DNA from: a virus
Strand: one strand, 5' to 3'
Virus record (IMG/VR): IMGVR_UViG_3300034061_002572
Coordinates: 58,644-122,643 of that record
DNA length: 64,000 nt
Under the pieces are notes generated by a model, which saw only the letters and a program-made list of their open reading frames with translations, did no database searches and had not been told where the DNA came from. Every line of letters begins with the position of its first letter. Positions within the stretch are counted from its first letter, which is position 1. Positions 55,515 through 64,000 of this stretch are shown here, in pieces. A program made the translations under genes and the position numbers.

Positions 55515-55934
55515 ATGAAGATATCTGTAAATTATGAAGATACTGATGTAGCAAAAGCATTAGGAACTATTATTTATCATCCAAACAAAGATGAATTTGT
55601 TAAGTTATTAACTCCAATACTATGTGGTAGTAGTGACGCAACAAACTATTTCTTTAAGTTATTGATTGGTGATACACTTCCGGAAGTTATCCCTAATGGC
55701 ACTTTATGTAAAATTAAAGTAGACAGATTAGGTTATTCTAGTAACAAAGATGAGATTAGAAAGAAGTTTGCTGATGATGAAGATAAGGTACTTGTTACTG
55801 TCAAAGAATTTAGAGGATATCATGAGTATTCTCAGTATCATATTGAGTATGGGAATGTTTTATCAGATAGTATTGTAGAGAAAGATACTACTTATGTGAG
55901 TGCTAAAGAACTGGAAGTTATTGAAGAGTTTTAA
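55515..55934 (+). CDS. Hypothetical protein
   Basis: 139 aa. Confidence 0.65.
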   Translation: MKISVNYEDTDVAKALGTIIYHPNKDEFVKLLTPILCGSSDATNYFFKLLIGDTLPEVIPNGTLCKIKVDRLGYSSNKDEIRKKFADDEDKVLVTVKEFRGYHEYSQYHIEYGNVLSDSIVEKDTTYVSAKELEVIEEF

Positions 55935-55976
55935 GATAGTATATCTGTGGATATGCTTTTCCTGACCAAATGACAC

Positions 55977-56000
55977 GGGGAGTAGTAATGCTCCCCTTTT
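55977..56000 (+). terminator. Intrinsic terminator
   Basis: GGGGAGTA-GTAA-TGCTCCCC-TTTT. Confidence 0.7.
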
Positions 56001-56080
56001 CATTGTTAGCCATATAGTATAATAATTTATAAAGCACTATCATATGTTTACTATTTAATAGTTTACATTTACTAAACTTT

Positions 56081-56365
56081 ATGAATTTAAACATGCTGTA
56101 TCAATTACCTAATGGAAAGGTAATATTTCTAACCATAGACCAGTTCTTAGATCTTACAGATGAAGATATACAATATCTTATGTCAATAGATGCTGGCGAA
56201 CATACAGTAAGTCCCTTTACAGATTCCGCAGTAGTAGCCAATACTAAAGAAAAATATTATGATTTTGATTATTATGTAGATGATGAGATTGATATCAACA
56301 ATATTGTTTCTGATGATATACCATTTGATGATATTATAGATCTCAATGATTCCTTAGAAGAATAA
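56081..56365 (+). CDS. Highly acidic hypothetical protein
   Basis: LYQLPNGKVI.LTIDQFLDLTDEDIQYL; Asp-rich tail. Confidence 0.65.
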   Translation: MNLNMLYQLPNGKVIFLTIDQFLDLTDEDIQYLMSIDAGEHTVSPFTDSAVVANTKEKYYDFDYYVDDEIDINNIVSDDIPFDDIIDLNDSLEE

Positions 56366-56405
56366 GGAGTTCAAAAATTATATTCACACACCAAATCAAA
56401 TTTTT

Positions 56406-56870
56406 ATGGACGGTAAAACAATTGTGTTAGGCAATGACACAGGAGGGGTAATTCATACCTCAAAAAATGACGAATATGGATATATTCGTGTAGAACAAGA
56501 AAGAAGTTTATTTGACAGCAAAGGTTTCTTAAGAAGAAAATCTATATCAGCTTTAATACCTGGTACTATAGAAGATCTTACAAAAGCAGGTTTTTATAAA
56601 GGTCAGATTCTTCCGGGTAAGATTATTATTGTGGAACAAACTGAACCATTTAATAAAATAAGGCCGGACCTAGATCTTAAAGTTGCTGGTCAAACAGGGA
56701 TAATCTGTATGAAAGATGGCAAAAAGATTTATAGAAAACACTTTTATACAGTGTTTACTGATGCAGAAGATGAAATGATTATGCACAGTAATGGTGAAGA
56801 CATTAGTGAAGCCTACTTGGCAGAAAAGAAAACTACTGCTGTTCAACCGAATACAGAGTTTGACTTATAA
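56406..56870 (+). CDS. Conserved crAss-like protein, possibly ssDNA-binding
   Basis: Beta-rich; GYIRVEQ and LPGKIIIVE; acidic/aromatic C-terminus EFDL. Function is a guess. Confidence 0.4.
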   Translation: MDGKTIVLGNDTGGVIHTSKNDEYGYIRVEQERSLFDSKGFLRRKSISALIPGTIEDLTKAGFYKGQILPGKIIIVEQTEPFNKIRPDLDLKVAGQTGIICMKDGKKIYRKHFYTVFTDAEDEMIMHSNGEDISEAYLAEKKTTAVQPNTEFDL

Positions 56871-56945
56871 TTTTTTGTTTTAATGGTTGATAATAGGGGG
56901 CAGTGGTGTCCCCTTTTTTATTATTTATTTTTAATTGTATATGTT

Positions 56946-57452
56946 ATGGAAAAGCAAAACAGAAATCAAAAGTATCAATTTTCAGGTAAGTTATCTGAAT
57001 ATCAGTTTAAGAATCAAAGACCTACTGTCATGCAGTATGAGACTGATCGTTATTCTCAGTATCAAAACTATCTCTATAAGAGAGCATTATATGGTTTAGA
57101 TTCTCTTACTGAAAAAGAAATAGCTACAATGTGTAGCAAAAAGAAACAAAGAATAATTAATGTTTATAAAAGAGCTCAGCTTACACTTAATAAGTTTAAG
57201 CAACAAGTTACTATTCAGTATACCAACTTTATATTCAAAACATTATTCCCAAAATCTCCGATCACAGACTTCTTACTAGCTGATACTGAGATAGATGAAA
57301 AGTTTAAGAATACTCTAACTTTTAAAGAGTTAGGTATCAATAAAGAGCAAATTATTAGTATCTTTATAGCGGAAGGTATACTACCTAAAAACTTTTTAAG
57401 TTTAAAAGAAGCACCGGTCAGTCTACCTCAGCTTAAAAATCAAAAAGTATGA
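56946..57452 (+). CDS. Hypothetical protein
   Basis: ATG at 56946, after a terminator-like hairpin at 56894-56919. Confidence 0.65.
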   Translation: MEKQNRNQKYQFSGKLSEYQFKNQRPTVMQYETDRYSQYQNYLYKRALYGLDSLTEKEIATMCSKKKQRIINVYKRAQLTLNKFKQQVTIQYTNFIFKTLFPKSPITDFLLADTEIDEKFKNTLTFKELGINKEQIISIFIAEGILPKNFLSLKEAPVSLPQLKNQKV

Positions 57453-57781
57453 AAACATTTTATGACAAAAGAGGTGGTCTGGAACCTGGATATAGATCTA
57501 GCATAGACACCGTACAAGGAAGAGTTATTTGGAAAACAAAAACTCATTGGCTTATTTATGTACCTAAAGATGATTATTATCATTCAGGTATGAGTTGGCT
57601 ACATAATGAAGACAGATATCACACAACCTTAATTGGATTTATTGTTATTCCAAAAGGTGTTGTGGTACATAGCTGTTATCTGGCTACAGGATTCTGGGAT
57701 GGTCTTAAAGCTTTATTTAGAAGTGGTAAGACTCCTGCCGTAACTAAGTCAAAAGGTGAGTTTCCTGAAGAACTATTATGA
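57449..57781 (+). CDS. Hypothetical protein
   Basis: 110 aa; ATGA coupling. Confidence 0.6.
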   Translation: MKTFYDKRGGLEPGYRSSIDTVQGRVIWKTKTHWLIYVPKDDYYHSGMSWLHNEDRYHTTLIGFIVIPKGVVVHSCYLATGFWDGLKALFRSGKTPAVTKSKGEFPEELL

Positions 57782-58182
57782 AACTTAAAATCTGTGATGG
57801 CTGTCAGAAAGAGACAGTCATCTGGAAAAACCATGAGGGATTCAAATACTGTAAATATTGCTGGAGTTGCCAAAAAGCCATTAATAGTGACAGTACACAG
57901 AAACCAACTGACTATAAAATCCCTCAGGTTTCTTCTAAACGGAAGAAAAAGGATGCAGAGTACAGTAAACTCAGAGAAAGATTTCTAACAGATAACCCTT
58001 TGTGTATGGTTGAGGTGAACGGATGTGGTCATGGTGCCACTGATGTTCACCATACATACGCAGGAGCTAACAGAGATGCTTTTTATTTGGTTCAGAGTAC
58101 ATGGAAAGCGGTTTGTAGAAACTGTCATGATTGGATTCATTCTCATCCAGAAGAAGCGAGAATAATGAATTGGTTAAAATAA
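57778..58182 (+). CDS. HNH endonuclease-like protein with N-terminal Zn finger
   Basis: CDGC...CKYC; C...C...ATDVHH...VCRNCHDWIH. Confidence 0.75.
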   Translation: MKLKICDGCQKETVIWKNHEGFKYCKYCWSCQKAINSDSTQKPTDYKIPQVSSKRKKKDAEYSKLRERFLTDNPLCMVEVNGCGHGATDVHHTYAGANRDAFYLVQSTWKAVCRNCHDWIHSHPEEARIMNWLK

Positions 58183-58187
58183 AATTT

Positions 58188-58484
58188 ATGAATAAATTAG
58201 AAGTAAATAAAAAAATAGCACTGTTTAATGGTGATATTACCAGTATGTCTGATGAAAAGGACATGTCTGAATTAAACTATACTGAGTCTTGGGATAAATT
58301 AATTCCTGTATATCAGAAGTTATGTCAAAAATCTAAAGAATTATATGACAAGAAAAATGTAGATGGGTTTCTCTATATTAATCATTGTATTGAAAATGAT
58401 TTAGATTTAAAAGCATCCTCTGAATTACATTTTGCTATTGCCCTGGTCAGTGTTATTGATGAATACTATTGCGAAATTAAATAA
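58188..58484 (+). CDS. Hypothetical protein
   Basis: NKKIALF...LNY..SWDKLIPV family pattern. Confidence 0.6.
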   Translation: MNKLEVNKKIALFNGDITSMSDEKDMSELNYTESWDKLIPVYQKLCQKSKELYDKKNVDGFLYINHCIENDLDLKASSELHFAIALVSVIDEYYCEIK

Positions 58485-58485
58485 T

Positions 58486-59577
58486 ATGAAAAGAGAAGAA
58501 ATACAAGAAGAAGCTTTGAAAGCAACACTTGGTTTAGCAAGATGTGGATTAGGACTTGCAACAGGAGTTGGTAAAACTCTTGTTGGACTTCTTCACATAG
58601 AGAGAAATTATTCTCCACTAATTAATATTTTAGTTGTAGCTCCTAAGGTATCAATATTTGGTTCTTGGCGGTATGAAGCACAGAAGTTTGGAAAAGAGAA
58701 GTTACTTGACAATGTTGTATTTACAACTTATCTAAGTTTAAGTAAACATGATCCTAGAGAATATGATATTGTCTATTTAGATGAGTGTCATAGTTTATTG
58801 GATAGTCATAGACCTTTTCTTGAAAACTTTCAGGGTAAAATCTTAGGATTAACCGGTACTCCACCCAAATACAAGAGCTCAGAGAAAGGTAGAATGGTTT
58901 CTGAGTTTTGTCCTATTGTTTATACATTCATTACTGATGAAGCCGTAGAGAATAAAATACTCAATGACTATCATATTATAGTTCATGAGCTCCAGTTAGA
59001 CACAAGAAAGAACTTTCCTGTATCTACAAAGTCAGGAACCTTTATGTCTTCTGAAAGACAAAACTATGGTTATTGGTGTAATAGAATAGACAATGGTCAA
59101 GGTCCTGCACATATTACTAGAGTTATGAGAATGAAAGCAATGCAAGAGTATCCGAGTAAAGTTCAGTATGCAAAAGCACTTATGGAAAGCATTAAAACTA
59201 AATGCATCATATTTGCAAATACTCAAGATCAATCGGACTCTATATGCTCTCATAGTTACCATAGTAATAATCCACAATCTGAAAGTAATCTTACAGCATT
59301 TAAAGATGGTAGTATTCAGCGGTTATCTTGTGTGCTCCAGCTTAATGAAGGTGTAAACATACCAAATCTAAAACAGGGTATTATCTTACATGCCTATGGT
59401 AATGAAAGAAAAGCCAGTCAAAGAATTGGTAGATTACTACGGTTAAATCCAGATGATAAAGCTATTGTCCATATCTTATGTTATATGGATACAATAGATG
59501 AGAAATGGGTTAAAGAAGCCTTAGAAGGTTTTGACCAGACTAAAATTACCTGGAAAGATTTTAATATCTCCTTATAA
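58486..59577 (+). CDS. Superfamily 2 (DExH, ResIII-like) helicase
   Basis: ATGVGKT, DECH, LGLTGTP, LNEGVNIP, QRIGRLLR. Confidence 0.9.
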   Translation: MKREEIQEEALKATLGLARCGLGLATGVGKTLVGLLHIERNYSPLINILVVAPKVSIFGSWRYEAQKFGKEKLLDNVVFTTYLSLSKHDPREYDIVYLDECHSLLDSHRPFLENFQGKILGLTGTPPKYKSSEKGRMVSEFCPIVYTFITDEAVENKILNDYHIIVHELQLDTRKNFPVSTKSGTFMSSERQNYGYWCNRIDNGQGPAHITRVMRMKAMQEYPSKVQYAKALMESIKTKCIIFANTQDQSDSICSHSYHSNNPQSESNLTAFKDGSIQRLSCVLQLNEGVNIPNLKQGIILHAYGNERKASQRIGRLLRLNPDDKAIVHILCYMDTIDEKWVKEALEGFDQTKITWKDFNISL

Positions 59578-59594
59578 TTACTTATATTAGATAT

Positions 59595-59855
59595 ATGGAA
59601 ATAACAAATTCATACAAACTACTAATGTATAATGATGACATCCATTCCTTTCCATATATAATGGCATGTCTAATTAGATTTTGTGAACAAGAACCATTAC
59701 AGGCTGAGCAATGTGCTCTTATAGCCCATAATAAAGGTAAATGTTCTGTTAAATCTGGAGATTTTATTGATTTACTAGAAATACATAATAACTTTGAAAG
59801 AGTAAATGTAAAAACAGAAATTGTTGCACATGAAAGTTATATGCATAAACAATAG
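59595..59855 (+). CDS. clpS: ClpS-like N-degron adaptor
   Basis: LLMYNDDIHSF..I..CL..FC.....QAEQCALIAH.KGKC.VK.G; Bacteroidota-type ClpS pattern. Confidence 0.85.
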   Translation: MEITNSYKLLMYNDDIHSFPYIMACLIRFCEQEPLQAEQCALIAHNKGKCSVKSGDFIDLLEIHNNFERVNVKTEIVAHESYMHKQ

Positions 59856-60090
59856 TAATAAGCCTCTTGAAATCCCTGATAGTCAGTGGATTGAATTAGG
59901 TCAAATATACACAGTAACACAAATTATAGCATTAGCTCTCCAACCAGGAAAGACTGGCTTCTTACTTAAAGAGGTCAGTCTATCTCCGGAGTGTTTTCCT
60001 TATGAATTTTACAGCTCAGATAGATTTGCTCAAGTAGTAAGTCTTGAAGAAGAAGCTGTAGAAGTACAGGAAGAAGAGTTTGCTATTTAA
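59830..60090 (+). CDS. Hypothetical protein
   Basis: MKVICIN...WIELGQIYTV...YSSDRF. Confidence 0.6.
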   Translation: MKVICINNSNKPLEIPDSQWIELGQIYTVTQIIALALQPGKTGFLLKEVSLSPECFPYEFYSSDRFAQVVSLEEEAVEVQEEEFAI

Positions 60091-60104
60091 CTAAAACTTT
60101 TATT

Positions 60105-60287
60105 ATGAAAAATGAGATTGGACTTGCTACCCTTTCAATAATTCTTTGGTTGTATTTTATTGCTTCACAAATTTGTATGATATATTTTTGGCATGAATGG
60201 TGTCAAGATCACGGTTTTCTAAACAGTCTTATTATTGGACCTATTGTATCTGAGATAAAAGGCTTATTGTTTCCTTTTTTTATGTAG
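60105..60287 (+). CDS. Small membrane protein
   Basis: 60 aa, hydrophobic. Confidence 0.55.
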   Translation: MKNEIGLATLSIILWLYFIASQICMIYFWHEWCQDHGFLNSLIIGPIVSEIKGLLFPFFM

Positions 60288-60290
60288 CCT

Positions 60291-60725
60291 ATGGAAGATT
60301 ACAGCAAAGATGATGTTGTGAAAGCTTTAAACAGTATAGAAAAAACCTCCCGTAAGAGAGTTCTTGTAGATCAAAGAAGTTACTTAATAGGTATTTTATA
60401 TGAAAAGTTTAAAGTAACTGAGAAAGGAATTGCTGATCTTATTGGAGTAAAAAGAACTAAGGTAAATTATGCTAGAAGATTACCTATACAGTTTAAAGAT
60501 GACAAAATGTATAAACAAAATATTTATGTTTATGCACAGATGTTCCCATATGATTTTAGTGAAAGCCATGCTGTAAAATCTGGCAGAAATTTAACTGTAG
60601 CTGTTACATTGGAGCCTAAACTAGAAAAAAAGTTAAATAAAATAAGAAAACTGCTTGGGCATGATCATATGAGAACAACCATTAAATATTTAGTTGATAA
60701 ATCAATAAAGCTATGGGAAGAATGA
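60291..60725 (+). CDS. HTH DNA-binding protein (DnaA-C-terminal-like HTH; possible RHH tail)
   Basis: RKRVLVDQR...TEKGIADLIGVKRTKVNYA. Confidence 0.5.
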   Translation: MEDYSKDDVVKALNSIEKTSRKRVLVDQRSYLIGILYEKFKVTEKGIADLIGVKRTKVNYARRLPIQFKDDKMYKQNIYVYAQMFPYDFSESHAVKSGRNLTVAVTLEPKLEKKLNKIRKLLGHDHMRTTIKYLVDKSIKLWEE

Positions 60726-60973
60726 AAGAAATATGTATTGCAATTATGAATGCAAATGAAGGAATACCAGAAGGTATGACTATAGCAGATGTTGCTAGAA
60801 TGAAAGAATTAGAAATTTATAATTGGGAAGAGTATGAAAGAGAACAAGAGAAAAGTAGATTACAATATCTTGAATCAGAAAATTCAGGAGAGACTAGCAA
60901 GATGGAACAAGTTGCAAAAAAGTTTTCTCCCTATTACGGAGAAACCAGAGAAGAAAAAGGGGGTGAACAATGA
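60713..60973 (+). CDS. Hypothetical protein
   Basis: 86 aa; MGRMKE start. Confidence 0.6.
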   Translation: MGRMKEICIAIMNANEGIPEGMTIADVARMKELEIYNWEEYEREQEKSRLQYLESENSGETSKMEQVAKKFSPYYGETREEKGGEQ

Positions 60974-61191
60974 AGAGGGGGACTAAAACATGGAAACTAA
61001 AAAGTATGGTGGTTATAGATGTATTAGCAGTTATTGTTGTTACAGGTATTGTTACATATGTAAGTATTAGTTATCCTGGTATTTGGAATTGGATTTTGTT
61101 ATTAATTCTTTCATTTGTTAATTACTTATTCTTTGACAGCATGTTTAAACTTATTGAAAGAATCCATAGAAGAAAGAATAGAACTTTGTAA
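60970..61191 (+). CDS. Two-TM membrane protein
   Basis: 73 aa. Confidence 0.55.
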   Translation: MKRGTKTWKLKSMVVIDVLAVIVVTGIVTYVSISYPGIWNWILLLILSFVNYLFFDSMFKLIERIHRRKNRTL

Positions 61192-61202
61192 ACTTAAAAA
61201 TT

Positions 61203-61616
61203 ATGAAAAAATTATTTTTATTATTAGTGTTGTCAGTAAGTACAGCACATTCACAAATTGTTGTAAAAGAATCAACAAAAGATAGTACAGTATGGTATAG
61301 TAAACTTACGGGTTTACCTAAACTAACTCATTTTTATGATGCTGAAAAGAACTGGTATACATTGTATTACAAGAATCTTGATTATCAGTATATTACTGAT
61401 ATTGATTATATACATTTAGATTCAAAAGAAAATACAATAGAATTCTTTAATATCTTGAAGCAAGCTTTAGTAGACAAGAAAGAGTTAACTTTTGAGTTAG
61501 ATGGAAAAACTTGGTTTTTAAAGACAGGGTCTAATATGGCAATTATGTCTAGCTCCGGTACTAGTTTCTATCTTACTAATAAAAACTTAGATAAAATACT
61601 TGAAGCATTACAATAA
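61203..61616 (+). CDS. Secreted protein with signal peptide
   Basis: MKKLFLLLVLSVSTAHS-Q, the Bacteroidota N-terminal Gln pattern. Confidence 0.65.
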   Translation: MKKLFLLLVLSVSTAHSQIVVKESTKDSTVWYSKLTGLPKLTHFYDAEKNWYTLYYKNLDYQYITDIDYIHLDSKENTIEFFNILKQALVDKKELTFELDGKTWFLKTGSNMAIMSSSGTSFYLTNKNLDKILEALQ

Positions 61617-61811
61617 GTGAAACATTTTCTAAAATATCTAGTGGTATGGATAAGCCAAAACTTATCTGTACCATTTTGGATGGTGGGTCATGTTCACTTG
61701 ATGTCCAATATCTATGAGGACATTCATGAAATAATAGCATCATTTGGTATGAATATACTAGTTGCTATTGGATTTATTATTGATTATTTAGAACAAAAAA
61801 AGAAACTATGA
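61617..61811 (+). CDS. Small membrane protein
   Basis: 64 aa; GTG start. Confidence 0.55.
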   Translation: MKHFLKYLVVWISQNLSVPFWMVGHVHLMSNIYEDIHEIIASFGMNILVAIGFIIDYLEQKKKL

Positions 61812-62032
61812 AAACAGCAGTAGAATGGTTGGTTGAAGAATTAACCAAACAAAATATGTTTATGCATTTATTTGCTAAAGAAATTGAACAAGCCAAAGAA
61901 ATGGAGAAAGACAATGTATGTGATGCTTGGGATGACGGATACGATAAAGGAATGAGAGATAGAATTGAAAAAATATCAAATCCAGTTGGCAACGCAGAAC
62001 AATACTACAACGAAACCTTTAAATCAGAATAG
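61808..62032 (+). CDS. Hypothetical phage protein
   Basis: KTAVEWL...EQAKEMEK...AEQYYNETFKSE family. Confidence 0.7.
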   Translation: MKTAVEWLVEELTKQNMFMHLFAKEIEQAKEMEKDNVCDAWDDGYDKGMRDRIEKISNPVGNAEQYYNETFKSE

Positions 62033-62033
62033 A

Positions 62034-62324
62034 ATGGGATTTAGAATAAAACATATTCCTTCCGGATTGTATTATATAAGACAAAAGAATAAAGAAATTA
62101 ATCTAGGTTCTGCAGGTACATTATTTGACACAGAAGAAAAGTGTTACTTTACATTAAAAGCAAATGGTTTTGCTCCTACAATAGGAATGCTAGAAGGTAG
62201 TCCTAATCATGCAAAAATTGAAAGTATTTATAACTTTTATAAGCATAAATCTGATGATGTTTATACTTATGCAAATACATTACCAGAAGAATGGATTGTT
62301 GAACCTGTAAATAAAGAAGAATGA
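62034..62324 (+). CDS. Hypothetical protein
   Basis: ATG at 62034; FRIKHIPSGLYY...PEEWIVE. Confidence 0.6.
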   Translation: MGFRIKHIPSGLYYIRQKNKEINLGSAGTLFDTEEKCYFTLKANGFAPTIGMLEGSPNHAKIESIYNFYKHKSDDVYTYANTLPEEWIVEPVNKEE

Positions 62325-62415
62325 CACTATTAATTATTATTGTTGCTTCAGTTGTTATAGCTGGGGTAATAATTTTTTCAATGCGAGAAGATGAAGATAA
62401 CAATTGGGATGACTA

Positions 62416-62637
62416 ATGGAAGTAATTATTAAATTTTCAGATGAAGATGCCGCAGAAGATGCTAAAACAGCATTAGACGGCTGGAAATGGAGACACTGTG
62501 TATGGGAAATTGATCAAGAACTTAGGAATACACTTAAGTATGTTGAGAAATTACCCGCAGAAGTAGAACAAGCCTACCTTGCACTAAGAGATAAAATCCG
62601 GGAGATTGTATCAGATAATAACCTAACAATGGAATAA
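62416..62637 (+). CDS. Hypothetical phage protein
   Basis: 73 aa; preceded by a coupled 31-aa TM ORF at 62321-62416. Confidence 0.65.
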   Translation: MEVIIKFSDEDAAEDAKTALDGWKWRHCVWEIDQELRNTLKYVEKLPAEVEQAYLALRDKIREIVSDNNLTME

Positions 62638-62638
62638 T

Positions 62639-62968
62639 ATGAATTTTAAAACAACAATTTGTGTACTTACACCAGAAGGATATTTTGAAGAAGATGGTAT
62701 AACTATAGATTTACCTGTTGTACTTCAAGAAGGTACAGTATTAAGATTAACTCAAGATCAATTACTACTTCTTGAAGCAAAAGCTAAAGCTTCAAAAAAT
62801 AAAAATGAATATCTCACATATTGGAATGATAAAGGTGATGAATACAAAAGTAGGGATATAAATGACTTATTTTTTTGTGATCATATTTATGTTTTATATG
62901 TAAATTATTATACTTATGATAATAGTGTATTAATAGTATTACATTTTGATAGATCCCTTAATATTTAA
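62639..62968 (+). CDS. Hypothetical protein
   Basis: 109 aa. Confidence 0.6.
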   Translation: MNFKTTICVLTPEGYFEEDGITIDLPVVLQEGTVLRLTQDQLLLLEAKAKASKNKNEYLTYWNDKGDEYKSRDINDLFFCDHIYVLYVNYYTYDNSVLIVLHFDRSLNI

Positions 62969-62979
62969 ATCAGAATAGT

Positions 62980-63852
62980 ATGTCTTTAGTAGAAAAAGTT
63001 ACTAGGAAGTCTATGATCATTAGACCTTCCGGAAGATCAACGGACTTTATCAGTCCATCTTTTATACATGGCTGTGCATACCAATGCACATATTGTTACA
63101 TGAAGAGACACAAACCGGAAGGATGGTCTATTGCTACAAACACTTTAGATATCCTGACAGAGATTAATTCACATGCATTTTTTGCAACAGTAGATAAACC
63201 TAATCAAACACATCCTGATTACATTACTTATGACATTGGATGTAATACTGATGTAGCTTTACATGCTAAAGATATGAATTGGAAAAGAATATTTGAGTTT
63301 TTCCGGGATCATCCACTTGCTATGGGTTCATTTGCTACTAAGTATGTAAATAAGGATCTTTTAGATTTTAATCCAGAGGGTAAGATTAGAATAAGGTTTA
63401 GTCTTATGCCGGAAAAGTGGAGAAAGATTCTTGAACCTAATACAAGTGAGATTAATTTAAGATTAAATGCAGTACCTAGATTTCTTGATGCTGGATATGA
63501 AGTTCATTTAAATTTTAGTCCGGTCATAGTTCATGATCTTTGGCTTACAGAGTATGAATTTTTATTTGATTTAGTTAGTAAACATGCTAATATAAATAGA
63601 TGGGATACTAATGCAGTTAAAGCTGAAGTAATATTCTTGACTCATAATGAAGAAAAACATAAATATAATCTAGCACAGAGACTCACAGGTGAGCATCTGT
63701 TATGGGTACCTAAAATACAGGAAAGGAAAGTATCACAGTATGGTGGAGAAAACATTAGGTATGAACATAATAGAAAAGCTGATTATATCAAACAGTTTGT
63801 TAAGCTTCATGATGAGATAATTCCTTGGAATACAATAAGATATATTTTTTAA
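62980..63852 (+). CDS. Spore photoproduct lyase (SplB)-like radical SAM protein
   Basis: GCAYQCTYCY CxxxCxxC; YDIGCNTD, SFATKYVN, RIRFSL, AGYEV.LNFSPV. Confidence 0.8.
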   Translation: MSLVEKVTRKSMIIRPSGRSTDFISPSFIHGCAYQCTYCYMKRHKPEGWSIATNTLDILTEINSHAFFATVDKPNQTHPDYITYDIGCNTDVALHAKDMNWKRIFEFFRDHPLAMGSFATKYVNKDLLDFNPEGKIRIRFSLMPEKWRKILEPNTSEINLRLNAVPRFLDAGYEVHLNFSPVIVHDLWLTEYEFLFDLVSKHANINRWDTNAVKAEVIFLTHNEEKHKYNLAQRLTGEHLLWVPKIQERKVSQYGGENIRYEHNRKADYIKQFVKLHDEIIPWNTIRYIF

Positions 63853-63854
63853 TT

Positions 63855-64000
63855 ATGATTAAAATATTAGAACCAAATATTCAAACACTTGTACATAATA
63901 TCTGTCTTGAGCATTCTGAAGTATGCAAAGCAGCAGATAGTAATATGGGATATCTATGGTATATGTTTACACATGGGTCAAAGGCCGGGCAATACAAACC
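63855..64000 (+). CDS. Hypothetical protein (runs off the window)
   Basis: ATG at 63855; frame open to the window end. Confidence 0.5.
   Translation, partial: MIKILEPNIQTLVHNICLEHSEVCKAADSNMGYLWYMFTHGSKAGQYK

Noticed and set aside
53481-62403. Minus-strand ORFs in the early arm and out-of-frame plus ORFs (57794, 59168)
   Set aside because: They overlap well-supported genes in a tightly coupled plus-strand gene run
1-64000. Stop-codon reassignment (TAG or TGA) as in some crAss-like phages
   Set aside because: TerL, portal, MCP and helicase are full-length in the standard code; TAG and TGA act as stops at gene junctions; no suppressor tRNA seen

Overview
This AT-rich window looks like part of a crAss-like (Crassvirales-type) podophage genome infecting Bacteroidota, probably aquatic, and it reads in the standard genetic code. 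Positions 1-49.4 kb are on the minus strand and hold the virion and lysis genes: muzzle/tail-stabilization protein, ring proteins, a Cys-rich tail module, a Dps-like protein, a block of 11 small Lys-rich proteins, MCP, portal, TerL, a PD-(D/E)XK nuclease, an M15 endolysin with holins, and an array of tail fibres. This arm ends in host-promoter-driven accessory genes (DUF3310, GroES-like, Acb2/Tad1-like, ATE/Bpt-like transferase) and candidate small RNAs. Transcription switches to the plus strand at about 49.5 kb, where early genes include an HNH protein, an SF2 helicase, ClpS and a spore-photoproduct-lyase-like radical SAM enzyme. Main observations: (1) four covarying DNA mini-hairpins with a template-strand C-GNA-G triloop and a conserved downstream box, each heading an early transcription unit (candidate N4-like virion-RNAP promoters); (2) a possible phage-encoded N-degron writer and reader pair (ATE/Bpt-like plus ClpS); (3) small basic proteins sharing a K-x-x-x-G-G motif; (4) several unannotated structured RNAs, including a hairpin loop antisense to the phage's own ACCAACAA translation-initiation motif. 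All family assignments come from motif recognition by eye, not from database searches.
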